DNA of 64,000 nt, taken from the NCBI GenBank assembly GCA_046483495.1, contig JAWODC010000092.1, positions 128,153 to 192,152 on the forward strand, given 5' to 3'. The notes under the pieces were generated by a model. The model made no database searches. It saw only the letters and a list, made by a program, of their open reading frames with translations, and was not told where the DNA came from. The translations under genes were made by a program, and so were the position numbers. This stretch comes from Desulfobacterales bacterium (GTDB taxonomy: Bacteria; Desulfobacterota; Desulfobacteria; Desulfobacterales; UBA5616). The first letter of the stretch is position 1; each line of letters begins with the position of its first letter. Of the stretch, positions 1-8,899 are shown piece by piece.

Positions 1-546
1 TTCCTGAGGGCGGCACGTCACCTGAAATCCGATGTCCAGGTGGTTTTATGCGCCAGTTCGCCGGATACGCCGGAGTTGATGAGTGACGTTTCGGACAGCG
101 TGTCCCGGACCGAAATGAAAAACGGCAATCCGATTATTTGGATCAAGGAAAGCGTTCCTGTTGACGACCTGATCGTGCTGTACAGTCATGCCGACGTGTT
201 TGTCTGTCCATCGGTCTATGAACCGTTCGGCATTACACTCCTGGAAGCGATGGCGTGCGGTTTGCCGGTTGTGGCATCGGCCGTCGGCGGCATCCCGAGC
301 GTCGTTGCAAACGGCAAAACCGGTCGGCTGGTGTCATTTGAAACCGCAGGCGATAACGGCTTCGAGCCGTCCGATCCGGGACGGTTTGCTCGGGATTTGG
401 CCGAGCAGATCGATGAACTGTTGAATTCTCCGGTACTGCTGTCCCAAATGGGAGTCGCCGCCCGGCAGCGGGTGATGAAATACTTTACGTGGAAAAGTAT
501 CGCCGAAAAGACATTCATCTTCTACAGCCGGTTAATCGAAGCATAA
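1..546 (+). CDS. GT4-family (GT-B) alpha-glucan synthase, C-terminal part only (5' end outside window); actinobacterial-type GlgA / GlgM-like
   Basis: Frame 1 is open from base 1 (FLRAARHLKSDVQVVLCASS...) to TAA at 544-546. The block VFVCPSVYEPFGITLLEAMACGLPVVASAVGGIPSVVANGKTGRLV is the typical GT4 C-terminal nucleotide-sugar binding region. The gene lies next to GlgE-pathway genes. Confidence 0.65.
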   Translation, partial: FLRAARHLKSDVQVVLCASSPDTPELMSDVSDSVSRTEMKNGNPIIWIKESVPVDDLIVLYSHADVFVCPSVYEPFGITLLEAMACGLPVVASAVGGIPSVVANGKTGRLVSFETAGDNGFEPSDPGRFARDLAEQIDELLNSPVLLSQMGVAARQRVMKYFTWKSIAEKTFIFYSRLIEA

Positions 547-568
547 CCGGTTATGTGAGACCCATGAC

Positions 569-3115
569 ATGAATCCGCCGATTGCCACTTATCGAATACA
601 ATTCAACAAAGATTTCGGTTTTGAACAAGCCGCCGAACAGGTGAGCTATCTCAAGGAATTGGGCATTTCGCATCTCTATGCATCGCCCTGCCTGGAGGCG
701 GTAAGCGGAAGCGGGCATGGGTATGATGTCGTAAATTTTTCCCGGGTGAATCCGGAGCTGGGGGGAAGGGCGCAATGGGAGCGGCTGTGCGGTGAATTGA
801 AGAAAGCCGGAATGGGGCTGATTCTGGACATCGTTCCCAATCACATGGCGGCTCACAGCCGACAGAATTCGATGTGGCGGGATGTGCTGGCGTTCGGAGG
901 GGTAAGTCCCTATGCGGGGTTTTTCGACATTGACTGGGAGACGCCGGACGCAAAAACGCGGCATAAAATTCTCCTTCCCATTCTCGGAGATCACTATGAC
1001 ACCTGCCTGAATGAGGGGCTTCTCCAGTTTAAGCGGCGGGACTCGGAAATCGTTTTGGCCTATTACGAGCATGACCTGCCGCTTTCGGCACAAACGAAAA
1101 ACAGGCTCCATGCGTCCGCCGTCAGGCAAAATCGCTCGAAGGAGGGTGCGGATCGAAACATAGGGGAAACCCCGGAGCCGATGGACGAGCTGCTGCATGC
1201 GATCAACCGGAATCCGGATCATATTCACGAACTGCTGGAGCAGCAGCATTATGTTCCGGCCTTTTGGCGAACCGCCGCCCACGATATCAACTATCGCCGC
1301 TTTTTCGATATCAATGATCTCATCGGTATTCGAATGGAAAAGGAAGCGGTGTTCAATAAATCCCATCGCCTGATTTTGAAATGGTACACCTGCGGTATGA
1401 TAGACGGTTTTCGAATCGATCATCCCGACGGGCTCAGTGATCCGGAAGAATACCTGAATCGTTTGGCAGCATGTGCACCCAACGCTTGGGTGGTGGTTGA
1501 AAAAATTCTGTCCGAAAACGAACGCCTTCCGGATAAATGGCCCGTGAACGGTACGACAGGATACGATTTTATTCACCATGTAAACGGGCTTTTTGTAGAT
1601 CCGGACGGGGAGAAGCCTCTGAGCCGTTTATACGAAGCGTTTACCGGTGAGTCGGTCGATTATACGGCGGTGGTCCGTGAAAAAAAACGACTCGTTCTCC
1701 AAAAGCGTTTTTCCGGTGACGTGGCGTCCCTTTCCCGCCGGTTGACGGCGATTCGGTGCCGGCACCGGCAATTTCGGGACCTGGTGTTTTCGGATCTTCA
1801 TGACGCGCTTCAGGAAATCATCGCGTGTTTTCCGGTGTACCGCACCTATTGCCGGCCCGCCTTGGGGGAGATTTCGCCGGATGATGTCCGGTGGATTGAA
1901 ACAGCCGTGTCCCGGGCGCGGGAACATCAGCCCCGCATCGATCCGGCAACGTGGGAATTTATCGAAAAGCTGCTGATGCTCGATCTGAAAGGCCCCTGCG
2001 AAGCGGATTTCGTGACGCGGTTTCAACAGCTTACCGGTCCGGCAATGGCAAAAGGCGTCGAGGATACCACTTTTTACTGCTACAACCGGTTGGTGTCTTT
2101 GAACGAAGTCGGAGGGTACCCCGGCGTGTTCGGAACTGCGGTGGACGAGTTTCATGACTTCTGCCGGTATATTCAGGCGCAGTTCCCGAAAGGGCTTTCG
2201 ACCACGGCTACGCATGATACGAAGCGGGGAGAGGATACCCGCCTCCGCATAAACATGCTCTCGGAAATTCCCGAGAAGTGGTCTGACGCCGTTCTGCGAT
2301 GGCACGACATGACGACCGGGTACGATTCCGACCAACGGGTGGACGCCAATACGCTGTACTTTCTTTTTCAAACCTTGGTGGGAACCTGGCCGATCGAACT
2401 CGAACGGATCACCGCTTATATGCAAAAGGCCGTGCGGGAAGCGAAAGTGCACACCTCCTGGACAGAAATCGATGACAATTACGAATCCGCCCTTTTGGCA
2501 TTCATTCGGCAAATCCTGCAGGATAAGGATTTCACCGATGATCTGGAAGCGTTCGTATCGGGGCTGCTGAAGACCGCCCGAATCGGCTCCCTTTCACAGA
2601 TACTGATTAAATGCACGGCGCCCGGAGTGCCTGACATTTACCAGGGAACCGAATTGTGGGATTTGTCCCTGGTGGACCCGGATAACCGGCGTCCTGTCGA
2701 TTACGGCCGCCTCCGGCGGTTATTGTCGGAAATCGATCATGTTCCGTCGGCCGATATCCTTTCCGGCTTCGAAACGGGGCTGGTCAAGCAGTATGTCCTC
2801 CGGTCCGCACTGGCGGTCAGGCGGTCGCTTCCGGCCTGCTTCAATGAAGAAGGCGACTATCACCCCCTGCGGGCGACCGGCGGAAAGGCCGGGCATGTTG
2901 TGGCCTTCATTCGCGGCGGATGCTGCATTACCATCGTTCCGAGGCTGCTTTTCGGCTTAAACGGTGATTGGGATACCACCGTTATCGATCTGCCCCAAGG
3001 TACGTGGAAAGATGTGTTTACGCAGCAGAATTATTCAGGGGGTGAAAACCGGCTGTCGGATATGACGGCCCGCTTTCCGGTGATGCTTTTGGTGCGTCAT
3101 CAGGCCCTTCCGTAA
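569..3115 (+). CDS. treY: Malto-oligosyltrehalose synthase (TreY)
   Basis: 848 aa. The N-terminus MNPPIATYRIQFNKDFGFEQAAEQVSYLKELGISHLYASP is the characteristic TreY start. GH13-like blocks GFRIDHPDG and ATHDTKRGED are present. The length is typical. Confidence 0.9.
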   Translation: MNPPIATYRIQFNKDFGFEQAAEQVSYLKELGISHLYASPCLEAVSGSGHGYDVVNFSRVNPELGGRAQWERLCGELKKAGMGLILDIVPNHMAAHSRQNSMWRDVLAFGGVSPYAGFFDIDWETPDAKTRHKILLPILGDHYDTCLNEGLLQFKRRDSEIVLAYYEHDLPLSAQTKNRLHASAVRQNRSKEGADRNIGETPEPMDELLHAINRNPDHIHELLEQQHYVPAFWRTAAHDINYRRFFDINDLIGIRMEKEAVFNKSHRLILKWYTCGMIDGFRIDHPDGLSDPEEYLNRLAACAPNAWVVVEKILSENERLPDKWPVNGTTGYDFIHHVNGLFVDPDGEKPLSRLYEAFTGESVDYTAVVREKKRLVLQKRFSGDVASLSRRLTAIRCRHRQFRDLVFSDLHDALQEIIACFPVYRTYCRPALGEISPDDVRWIETAVSRAREHQPRIDPATWEFIEKLLMLDLKGPCEADFVTRFQQLTGPAMAKGVEDTTFYCYNRLVSLNEVGGYPGVFGTAVDEFHDFCRYIQAQFPKGLSTTATHDTKRGEDTRLRINMLSEIPEKWSDAVLRWHDMTTGYDSDQRVDANTLYFLFQTLVGTWPIELERITAYMQKAVREAKVHTSWTEIDDNYESALLAFIRQILQDKDFTDDLEAFVSGLLKTARIGSLSQILIKCTAPGVPDIYQGTELWDLSLVDPDNRRPVDYGRLRRLLSEIDHVPSADILSGFETGLVKQYVLRSALAVRRSLPACFNEEGDYHPLRATGGKAGHVVAFIRGGCCITIVPRLLFGLNGDWDTTVIDLPQGTWKDVFTQQNYSGGENRLSDMTARFPVMLLVRHQALP

Positions 3116-4596
3116 ATGACGGCGATTTCCTTCAGCCGATTTCGTGTAAAAGAGGCCATCTGCGTTTTCGATAACCGCCACTGCCAGTTCGACCTGCTTT
3201 TCGCCGGCCGATTCAACCGGGCGTCCTCGCCCAGGCCCAGAAGATCCTGCATGGGAATGACGGTCAGATTCGCCCGGGACATCATCGCGAGACGAACCAA
3301 TTCCCAGGACACATCTTTTTCCGTCGTGCGCCGTCCGATATAGGTAAAGAGCCTTTCTTTATCCTTTTTCGACAACTCCGTTTTGAACCAGCCCCGAACC
3401 GTATTGGTATCATGGGTCCCGGTGTAGGCTACCGCATTCTGCGGAATATTATGGAACGCATTGGGATTTTCGGAAAGGTCGTTTGAAAAGCCGAAAACGA
3501 GAAGCCGCATGCCGGCAAAGGAGTAATTATGCATGATTTCCCGAACGTCGGGTGTAATGACACCCAAATCTTCCGCAATAATGGGCGGAGCAATGAAGCG
3601 CCGCATCAGATGGTCGAAAAACGTCCGGACCGGCAGCGAAACCCAATGGCCGTTTACGGCCGTTTTTTCGTTTGCCGGTATTTCCCAGCATGCGACCAGC
3701 CCGCGAAAATGGTCGATGCGCACCAGATCGAACAGCGAAAGGTTGTGGGCCATCCGGTCCAGCCACCAAGAGAAGCCGCTCTTTTTCAGGGCATCCCACC
3801 GGTACACCGGATGGCCCCAGCGCTGGCCGGTTTTGCTGAAATAATCTGGCGGAACCCCTGAAACCACGTAAGGGCGGTTTTCCGAGTCGAGTTTGAAAAT
3901 GTCCGTATTGGACCAGACATCGGCGCTTTCATAGGGGACATAAATAGGGATATCGCCGAAAATGTGAACGAGACGTTTATTTCCATATGCTTTAAGACGG
4001 CGCCATTGAGTAAATGCAACGAACTGCAGAAACTTGATGCCGTCGATTTCCTCTGCGAATTGCGCTGTATTCCGTTTCAGGGCTTTTGAGTCCCGTTTAC
4101 GAAGGTCTTCGGACCATGTGTTCCAGTCGTCGTTGTTGAATCGATTTTTCAGCACCGTAAACAAGGCGAAATCATCGAGCCATGCCGCGTTTTCGGTTAT
4201 GAACGTGTCGTATTCGGGCTGCCGTCCTGAACGTTTAAATGCCGCGAAGGCGGATTTGAACAATTTTTCCTTATATTTCAGCACGCGGGAGTAAACGACG
4301 CGATCCGTCCTGAACAGGGGCGGATTTGCAATGAGCTTTTTCTCGAGGAGGCCGTCGTCAACCATGATTTCAGGGCTGATGAGAAGCGGATTCAACGCGT
4401 AGGCGGATGCACTGTGATAAGGGGAATGCCCGTGGGCGGGCGATGTGGGATTCAACGGCAGCATTTGCCACACCCGCTGTCCGGTTTCTTTCAAAAAATC
4501 GACGAATGCATAGGCACCCGGTCCCATGTCACCGATGCCGAAATCGGATGGGAGGCTGAATACGGGGAGCAGGATGCCGCTGCTGCGGATTTTCAT
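3100..4596 (-). CDS. malQ: 4-alpha-glucanotransferase (amylomaltase, GH77)
   Basis: 498 aa. SGILLPVFSLPSDFGIGDMGPGAYAFVDFL, WGHPVYRW, VRIDHFRG and YTGTHDTNT are GH77 MalQ signature blocks. Confidence 0.9.
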   Translation of the reverse strand: MKIRSSGILLPVFSLPSDFGIGDMGPGAYAFVDFLKETGQRVWQMLPLNPTSPAHGHSPYHSASAYALNPLLISPEIMVDDGLLEKKLIANPPLFRTDRVVYSRVLKYKEKLFKSAFAAFKRSGRQPEYDTFITENAAWLDDFALFTVLKNRFNNDDWNTWSEDLRKRDSKALKRNTAQFAEEIDGIKFLQFVAFTQWRRLKAYGNKRLVHIFGDIPIYVPYESADVWSNTDIFKLDSENRPYVVSGVPPDYFSKTGQRWGHPVYRWDALKKSGFSWWLDRMAHNLSLFDLVRIDHFRGLVACWEIPANEKTAVNGHWVSLPVRTFFDHLMRRFIAPPIIAEDLGVITPDVREIMHNYSFAGMRLLVFGFSNDLSENPNAFHNIPQNAVAYTGTHDTNTVRGWFKTELSKKDKERLFTYIGRRTTEKDVSWELVRLAMMSRANLTVIPMQDLLGLGEDARLNRPAKSRSNWQWRLSKTQMASFTRNRLKEIAVIYGRA

Positions 4597-4606
4597 GACG
4601 GATTCC

Positions 4607-7039
4607 TTAGGTTTCGTCCGGTATTTCGATCGCCAGTTTTCGGCAAACCGATTGAAACAATTCGATCCAGGTGCGGTTTTTTTCGTCGGTTTCGGGTTTT
4701 TGCTTCACTTCCGGATACACCCGTGTCAACAGGTCATACACCGTGTTCTGAACACGCCGTAAATTCGTCTCGAATGGAAAATAGGATAAAATGGTCAGTA
4801 AAGCATCCAATTCCTGCAGCTGTTCGAGATCATCCGGTGCTCCATACAGGTGGATCGACATGTCTTCCAGGCGGCGACGGATCGCCATCTCCAGTGTGGG
4901 CGCATCCAGGGAGATGCCGGAGAGGTACGCCTCTTCGACGGCCTGATGAATCCGTTCCGGATCAACACCTTCCTGTTCGATCATGGTTTTAAGGTCGAGA
5001 TTGGATATGTATTCCGCGGCCGCCAAAAGGGATTTGGGCGCCGGCATTCCCGCATCCTTCAAAAATCGCAGCAAGGGGGCATTTGCCTCGTATATTTGCC
5101 GGTAAATGCCTTCCGTGGTCTCCAGTGTGGCGCTCAGAATTTGACCGGTTATCCGGCGCTGCTGATCCCGGAACAGGGTTCTTAGTGAATAGCCGGATAC
5201 ATCCAGCATTTTTTCAAGCAGTTGGAGGGTTTCCGGAAAAGCGGCCAGGTTGAAGGTTTCGAAAAGGCGGTGGGTGTCCTCTTCCTTGGGCTCGTCGGGC
5301 AGGCATATTCGAACACAGCCGCTGATGTTGTGATCGCCCCAATGGAGCACGCCGAAGCAGAACCGGTCATGTTCCAGAGTGGTGTCCGAACAGATTACCG
5401 CCCGCCCGAGCGCCAGTTTGGTGTTGCCGACTTCCGCCTTGGTGTAGGATTCCTGATCGACGGTATAGCAAAAAAGTTTTTCCGAACCGGGATTTTCATA
5501 AAACAGGGAGCTGATGGCGTAATGGGCGCAGACCGTTTTTAAATCCACCATTGCCGGTTTGACGAATTTTTCGTAGATGTACCGCCCGTTCTTATATTCG
5601 GGAATATTGGAAGGGACTTTTTGCATCAGCCTCAGAAAACCCGCCTCCAGTTCTTTGGTTACCATATCTTTTGCAATTTGAATCACCCTTCCGGCATACT
5701 GAATCACCTGCACGGTTTCGATCCCCGAAAGTTCGTCGAAAAACCAGCCGCAGCTCGTGTACATGAGCATGGCATGCCGCTGAAGTTCGAGCAGTTTGAG
5801 GGCGTGCCGCGTGTCCGCCTCAGTCATTTCGCAGGCGGCGTGCTTTCGCATGAAGGCGTCGATCGTTTCCGGCGTGCGGTTCAGGATAATGTCGATGTAG
5901 TCGTTTCGAGCCGCCCAGGCGTTTTTCAGGTTTCGTTCGATGCGGTGCTCATAAATCGGAGTCAACGTATCCCGGAGCCAGTCCAGGGCATCCCTCAATG
6001 GTTTGCGCCAGGACTGGTTCCAACCGGGATGGCCGCCGGAACTGCAGCCGCAATCCGCCCGCCACCGATCCACACCGTGGGGGCAGCTCCACGAGCTGTT
6101 CTCGAAAATCTCTACCTCATGCACCGGCGGGTGCTTTTCAAGGAATTCGCCGTAATTGGTCAGCTGGGCGAGTTTTTGAGATTCGATGTAGTGGAGCGCG
6201 TAAGCCAGTGCCATATCCCCGTGGTAGTGATGATGGCCGTAGCTTTCGCCGTCCGTGGCGATATGCAGCATCTGGGAATCCTCGCGCTCTTCTGAAAATC
6301 CGGACATGAGGCGTTCGGCAAACCACTCCCCCTTGCCCAGTATGCCCTCGAACGCAACGGCACGGGAAATGGCGCCGTCATAGAAAAACAGGCTGAATTC
6401 CCTGCCTGAGGGCAATGCAACTTTATAGGCGGTCGTGGGATCGATGCGTCCGCCGCTGACATCTTCCCAGTCATCCGCATCCTCCTTTTTCACCTGGTGC
6501 GCCTGAAAGGGTGAGAGAATGGTGAAGGCAATGCCGTAGTCGGCCATCAGATCCAGGGTGGCCAGGTCGACTGCAGTCTCGGGCAGCCACATGCCTTCGG
6601 GGAGTCGACCGAAGCGGTGCTTGAAATCCGCGATTCCCCACAAAATCTGGGTGGTCTTGTCGTTGTCGGAGGCCAGCGGCATGATCATGTGGTTGAATGC
6701 CTGCGCAAGAGCCGAACCGTGTCCTGAAAAACGTTCGCGGCTTTCCAAATCCGCCTCGAGGATTTTCCGGTAAACGCTCGGCGCATGATATTCCAGCCAG
6801 CTCAGAAGGGTCGGGCCGAAATTGAAGCTGATCCGGCTGTAATTGTTGACGATGTCGACGATGTTGCCGCTGTCGTTCAATATGCGGCTTGCGGCATTTG
6901 CAGCGTAGCATTCCGCTGAAATGCGTTCATTCCAGTCATGATACGGATAGGCGCTGTCCTGGACCTCGACTTCCTCGAGCCACGCATTTTCCCTCGGCGG
7001 CTGATAAAAATGTCCGTGAATGCATATGTATCGGTTCAT
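4607..7039 (-). CDS. GH57-family glycoside hydrolase with long C-terminal DUF3536-like region
   Basis: 810 aa. The N-terminus ICIHGHFYQPPRENAWLEEV is the GH57 signature start. The ATG overlaps the treZ stop (ATGA at 7036-7039). Confidence 0.8.
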   Translation of the reverse strand: MNRYICIHGHFYQPPRENAWLEEVEVQDSAYPYHDWNERISAECYAANAASRILNDSGNIVDIVNNYSRISFNFGPTLLSWLEYHAPSVYRKILEADLESRERFSGHGSALAQAFNHMIMPLASDNDKTTQILWGIADFKHRFGRLPEGMWLPETAVDLATLDLMADYGIAFTILSPFQAHQVKKEDADDWEDVSGGRIDPTTAYKVALPSGREFSLFFYDGAISRAVAFEGILGKGEWFAERLMSGFSEEREDSQMLHIATDGESYGHHHYHGDMALAYALHYIESQKLAQLTNYGEFLEKHPPVHEVEIFENSSWSCPHGVDRWRADCGCSSGGHPGWNQSWRKPLRDALDWLRDTLTPIYEHRIERNLKNAWAARNDYIDIILNRTPETIDAFMRKHAACEMTEADTRHALKLLELQRHAMLMYTSCGWFFDELSGIETVQVIQYAGRVIQIAKDMVTKELEAGFLRLMQKVPSNIPEYKNGRYIYEKFVKPAMVDLKTVCAHYAISSLFYENPGSEKLFCYTVDQESYTKAEVGNTKLALGRAVICSDTTLEHDRFCFGVLHWGDHNISGCVRICLPDEPKEEDTHRLFETFNLAAFPETLQLLEKMLDVSGYSLRTLFRDQQRRITGQILSATLETTEGIYRQIYEANAPLLRFLKDAGMPAPKSLLAAAEYISNLDLKTMIEQEGVDPERIHQAVEEAYLSGISLDAPTLEMAIRRRLEDMSIHLYGAPDDLEQLQELDALLTILSYFPFETNLRRVQNTVYDLLTRVYPEVKQKPETDEKNRTWIELFQSVCRKLAIEIPDET

Positions 7040-8895
7040 GCGGGTATCCCCTGTGTTTCTAAAAATACGAGACAGGCGTAAGCGCCCAAATTCATCCGCA
7101 CGCTTCCGTCCGAGGTCAGTTCATGGTTTTTGCCGGTATCTTTTGCATTTGCCGGGGTGATGGAATCCATCCTTTTTTGCCAATTACCGGCGGGTACGGG
7201 TATGCCGAGGCTTATGGGCCGGTCTGAAAGGTTGAAAATCATAAAGGCGCGGCCGGTCTGCCCCCGGACGGTGAGGCATATCACGGGGTGGGGGGAAATG
7301 AGTTCGCCCATTTTGCCGATTTTTACAGGTCCGGCCGGACCGTAAATGTCGCTTCTCAAGCGGATTAAATCCCGGTAATAGAAAAAGAGATGTTGGTGGT
7401 TTTCGGATGATTGCCGAAGGGTTTGGTTCAGAACGGCGCTGTCAAATGTGGCCCTGTCCTGGGGATCCGGCGGTTCCTCCCCCCATTTGAAGGATTCGAA
7501 TTCCCGTTTCCGGCCTTCCCTCACCGCTTGAACCAGATCGGGATCGGTATGGCTGACAAAATATGGAAAAGGTGCGGTTTCACCGTATTCTTCGCCCATA
7601 AACAGCAGCGGCAGGTAGGGGGACAGCAGAACCATGGCCGCAGCCGTTTTGACGGCGTTTTCCGGAACTAAACGGGTTAGGCGGTCTCCCTTTAAACGGT
7701 TGCCGATTTGATCGTGATTCTGAATAAACACCACGAATTTTTCGGAAGGCATCGATCGGGAGGAATTGCCGTGGCGGCGTTTTCGAAATTCGGAATAGAC
7801 GCCGTCGTATACGAACCCGTCATTCAATGACTTCACCATCTGCTCCGGACGGCCGAAATCCTGGTAATATCCCGCACGTTCACCGGTCAAAAGCGTATGC
7901 AGGGCGTGATGAAAGTCGTCGTTCCACTGAGCGTCCAATCCGTATCCGCCGGCTTCGGGCGGGCGCAGCAGGCGGACGTCGTTCAAGGCGCTTTCGGGAA
8001 TCAGGAAAATGCGGCGGTCGAGATGTTCTGCCAACGTGCCGATCGCATCTCCGAGTTCGTGCAGAAAGGGATAGGCGGAAAAATCGAGAATGGCATGCAC
8101 CGCATCGAGTCGAAGTGCATCCATGTGAAATTCGCTGAACCAGTAAACCGCATTCTCGATAAAATAGCGGCGGACTTCGTCGCTGTAAGCGCCATCGAAG
8201 TTGATGTGCTCCCCCCAGGGCGTTTTGTACCGGTCCGAGAAATAAGATCCGAAATCGCGAAGGTAGTTGCCTTCCGGACCAAGGTGATTGTAAACCACAT
8301 CCAGTACAACGGCCAGGCCTTTCCCGTGGCATGCGTTTACCAGGCGTTTCAAGCCGTTCGGCCCGCCGTAGGTATTTTGAACGGCAAACGGGTAGACCCC
8401 GTCATAGCCCCAGTTCCGGTCTCCGGGAAATTGGGCTACGGGCATCAATTCAACCGCTGTGACCCCCAGGTCCGCGATTTCATCCAGATGAGGAATAACG
8501 GCATCGAAAGTCCCCTCACGGGTAAAGGTGCCCACATGGAGTTCGTAGAAGATGTATCGGGACAACTCCGGTCCGCACCATGCCCCGTCCGTCCAGTCGA
8601 ACCGGGGATCGGTTACCTCGGAAGGGTCGTGTATGCCGTCGGGCTGACTGCCTGAAGCCGGGTCCGGCCTTTCGATGCGCTTGTCCAGGCGGTAGAGGTA
8701 CCGGGTGCCGGGTGAGATCCCGTCGAACTCTCCGGAGAAATAGCCCCGATCTTCCGGTTGAAGAGCGCGGATATCCTCGACGGGGCCGGTAATGTGCACC
8801 TCCGCCGTTTCGGCCGCCGGCGCCCAGACGCGAAATCGGGTTTTGCCGCTTTTAAGGCGAACGGCGCCCAAGGTCCTTGGGGAATACGTTTTCAT
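7036..8895 (-). CDS. treZ: Malto-oligosyltrehalose trehalohydrolase (TreZ)
   Basis: GH13 blocks YELHVGTFT, GVTAVELMPV, DVVYNHLGPEG, ALRLDAVHAI and IQNHDQIGNR are present. I prefer the start at MKTYSPR (ATG 8893-8895), 4 nt after the glgB stop, over the track start at 8943. Confidence 0.9.
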   Translation of the reverse strand: MKTYSPRTLGAVRLKSGKTRFRVWAPAAETAEVHITGPVEDIRALQPEDRGYFSGEFDGISPGTRYLYRLDKRIERPDPASGSQPDGIHDPSEVTDPRFDWTDGAWCGPELSRYIFYELHVGTFTREGTFDAVIPHLDEIADLGVTAVELMPVAQFPGDRNWGYDGVYPFAVQNTYGGPNGLKRLVNACHGKGLAVVLDVVYNHLGPEGNYLRDFGSYFSDRYKTPWGEHINFDGAYSDEVRRYFIENAVYWFSEFHMDALRLDAVHAILDFSAYPFLHELGDAIGTLAEHLDRRIFLIPESALNDVRLLRPPEAGGYGLDAQWNDDFHHALHTLLTGERAGYYQDFGRPEQMVKSLNDGFVYDGVYSEFRKRRHGNSSRSMPSEKFVVFIQNHDQIGNRLKGDRLTRLVPENAVKTAAAMVLLSPYLPLLFMGEEYGETAPFPYFVSHTDPDLVQAVREGRKREFESFKWGEEPPDPQDRATFDSAVLNQTLRQSSENHQHLFFYYRDLIRLRSDIYGPAGPVKIGKMGELISPHPVICLTVRGQTGRAFMIFNLSDRPISLGIPVPAGNWQKRMDSITPANAKDTGKNHELTSDGSVRMNLGAYACLVFLETQGIPA

Positions 8896-8899
8896 GATG

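Noticed and set aside
551-1579. Long antisense or alternative-frame ORFs opposite well-supported genes. Examples: 551..1579(-), 1628..2512(-), 7897..8655(+), 23163..23807(-), 24562..25257(-), 28253..29287(-), 34307..34996(-), 40306..41013(-), 46750..47442(-), 48018..48785(-), 54562..55260(+), 61430..62110(+).
   Set aside because: These are shadow ORFs, as expected in GC-rich DNA. Their translations are low-complexity and Arg/Pro/Gly-rich with no family motifs, while the opposite strand or frame carries clear family signatures.
3100-3115. A 16-bp overlap of the convergent 3' ends of treY and malQ.
   Set aside because: It is real in the sequence but a common consequence of compact genomes. No structure or additional signal was detected, so it was not raised as a finding.
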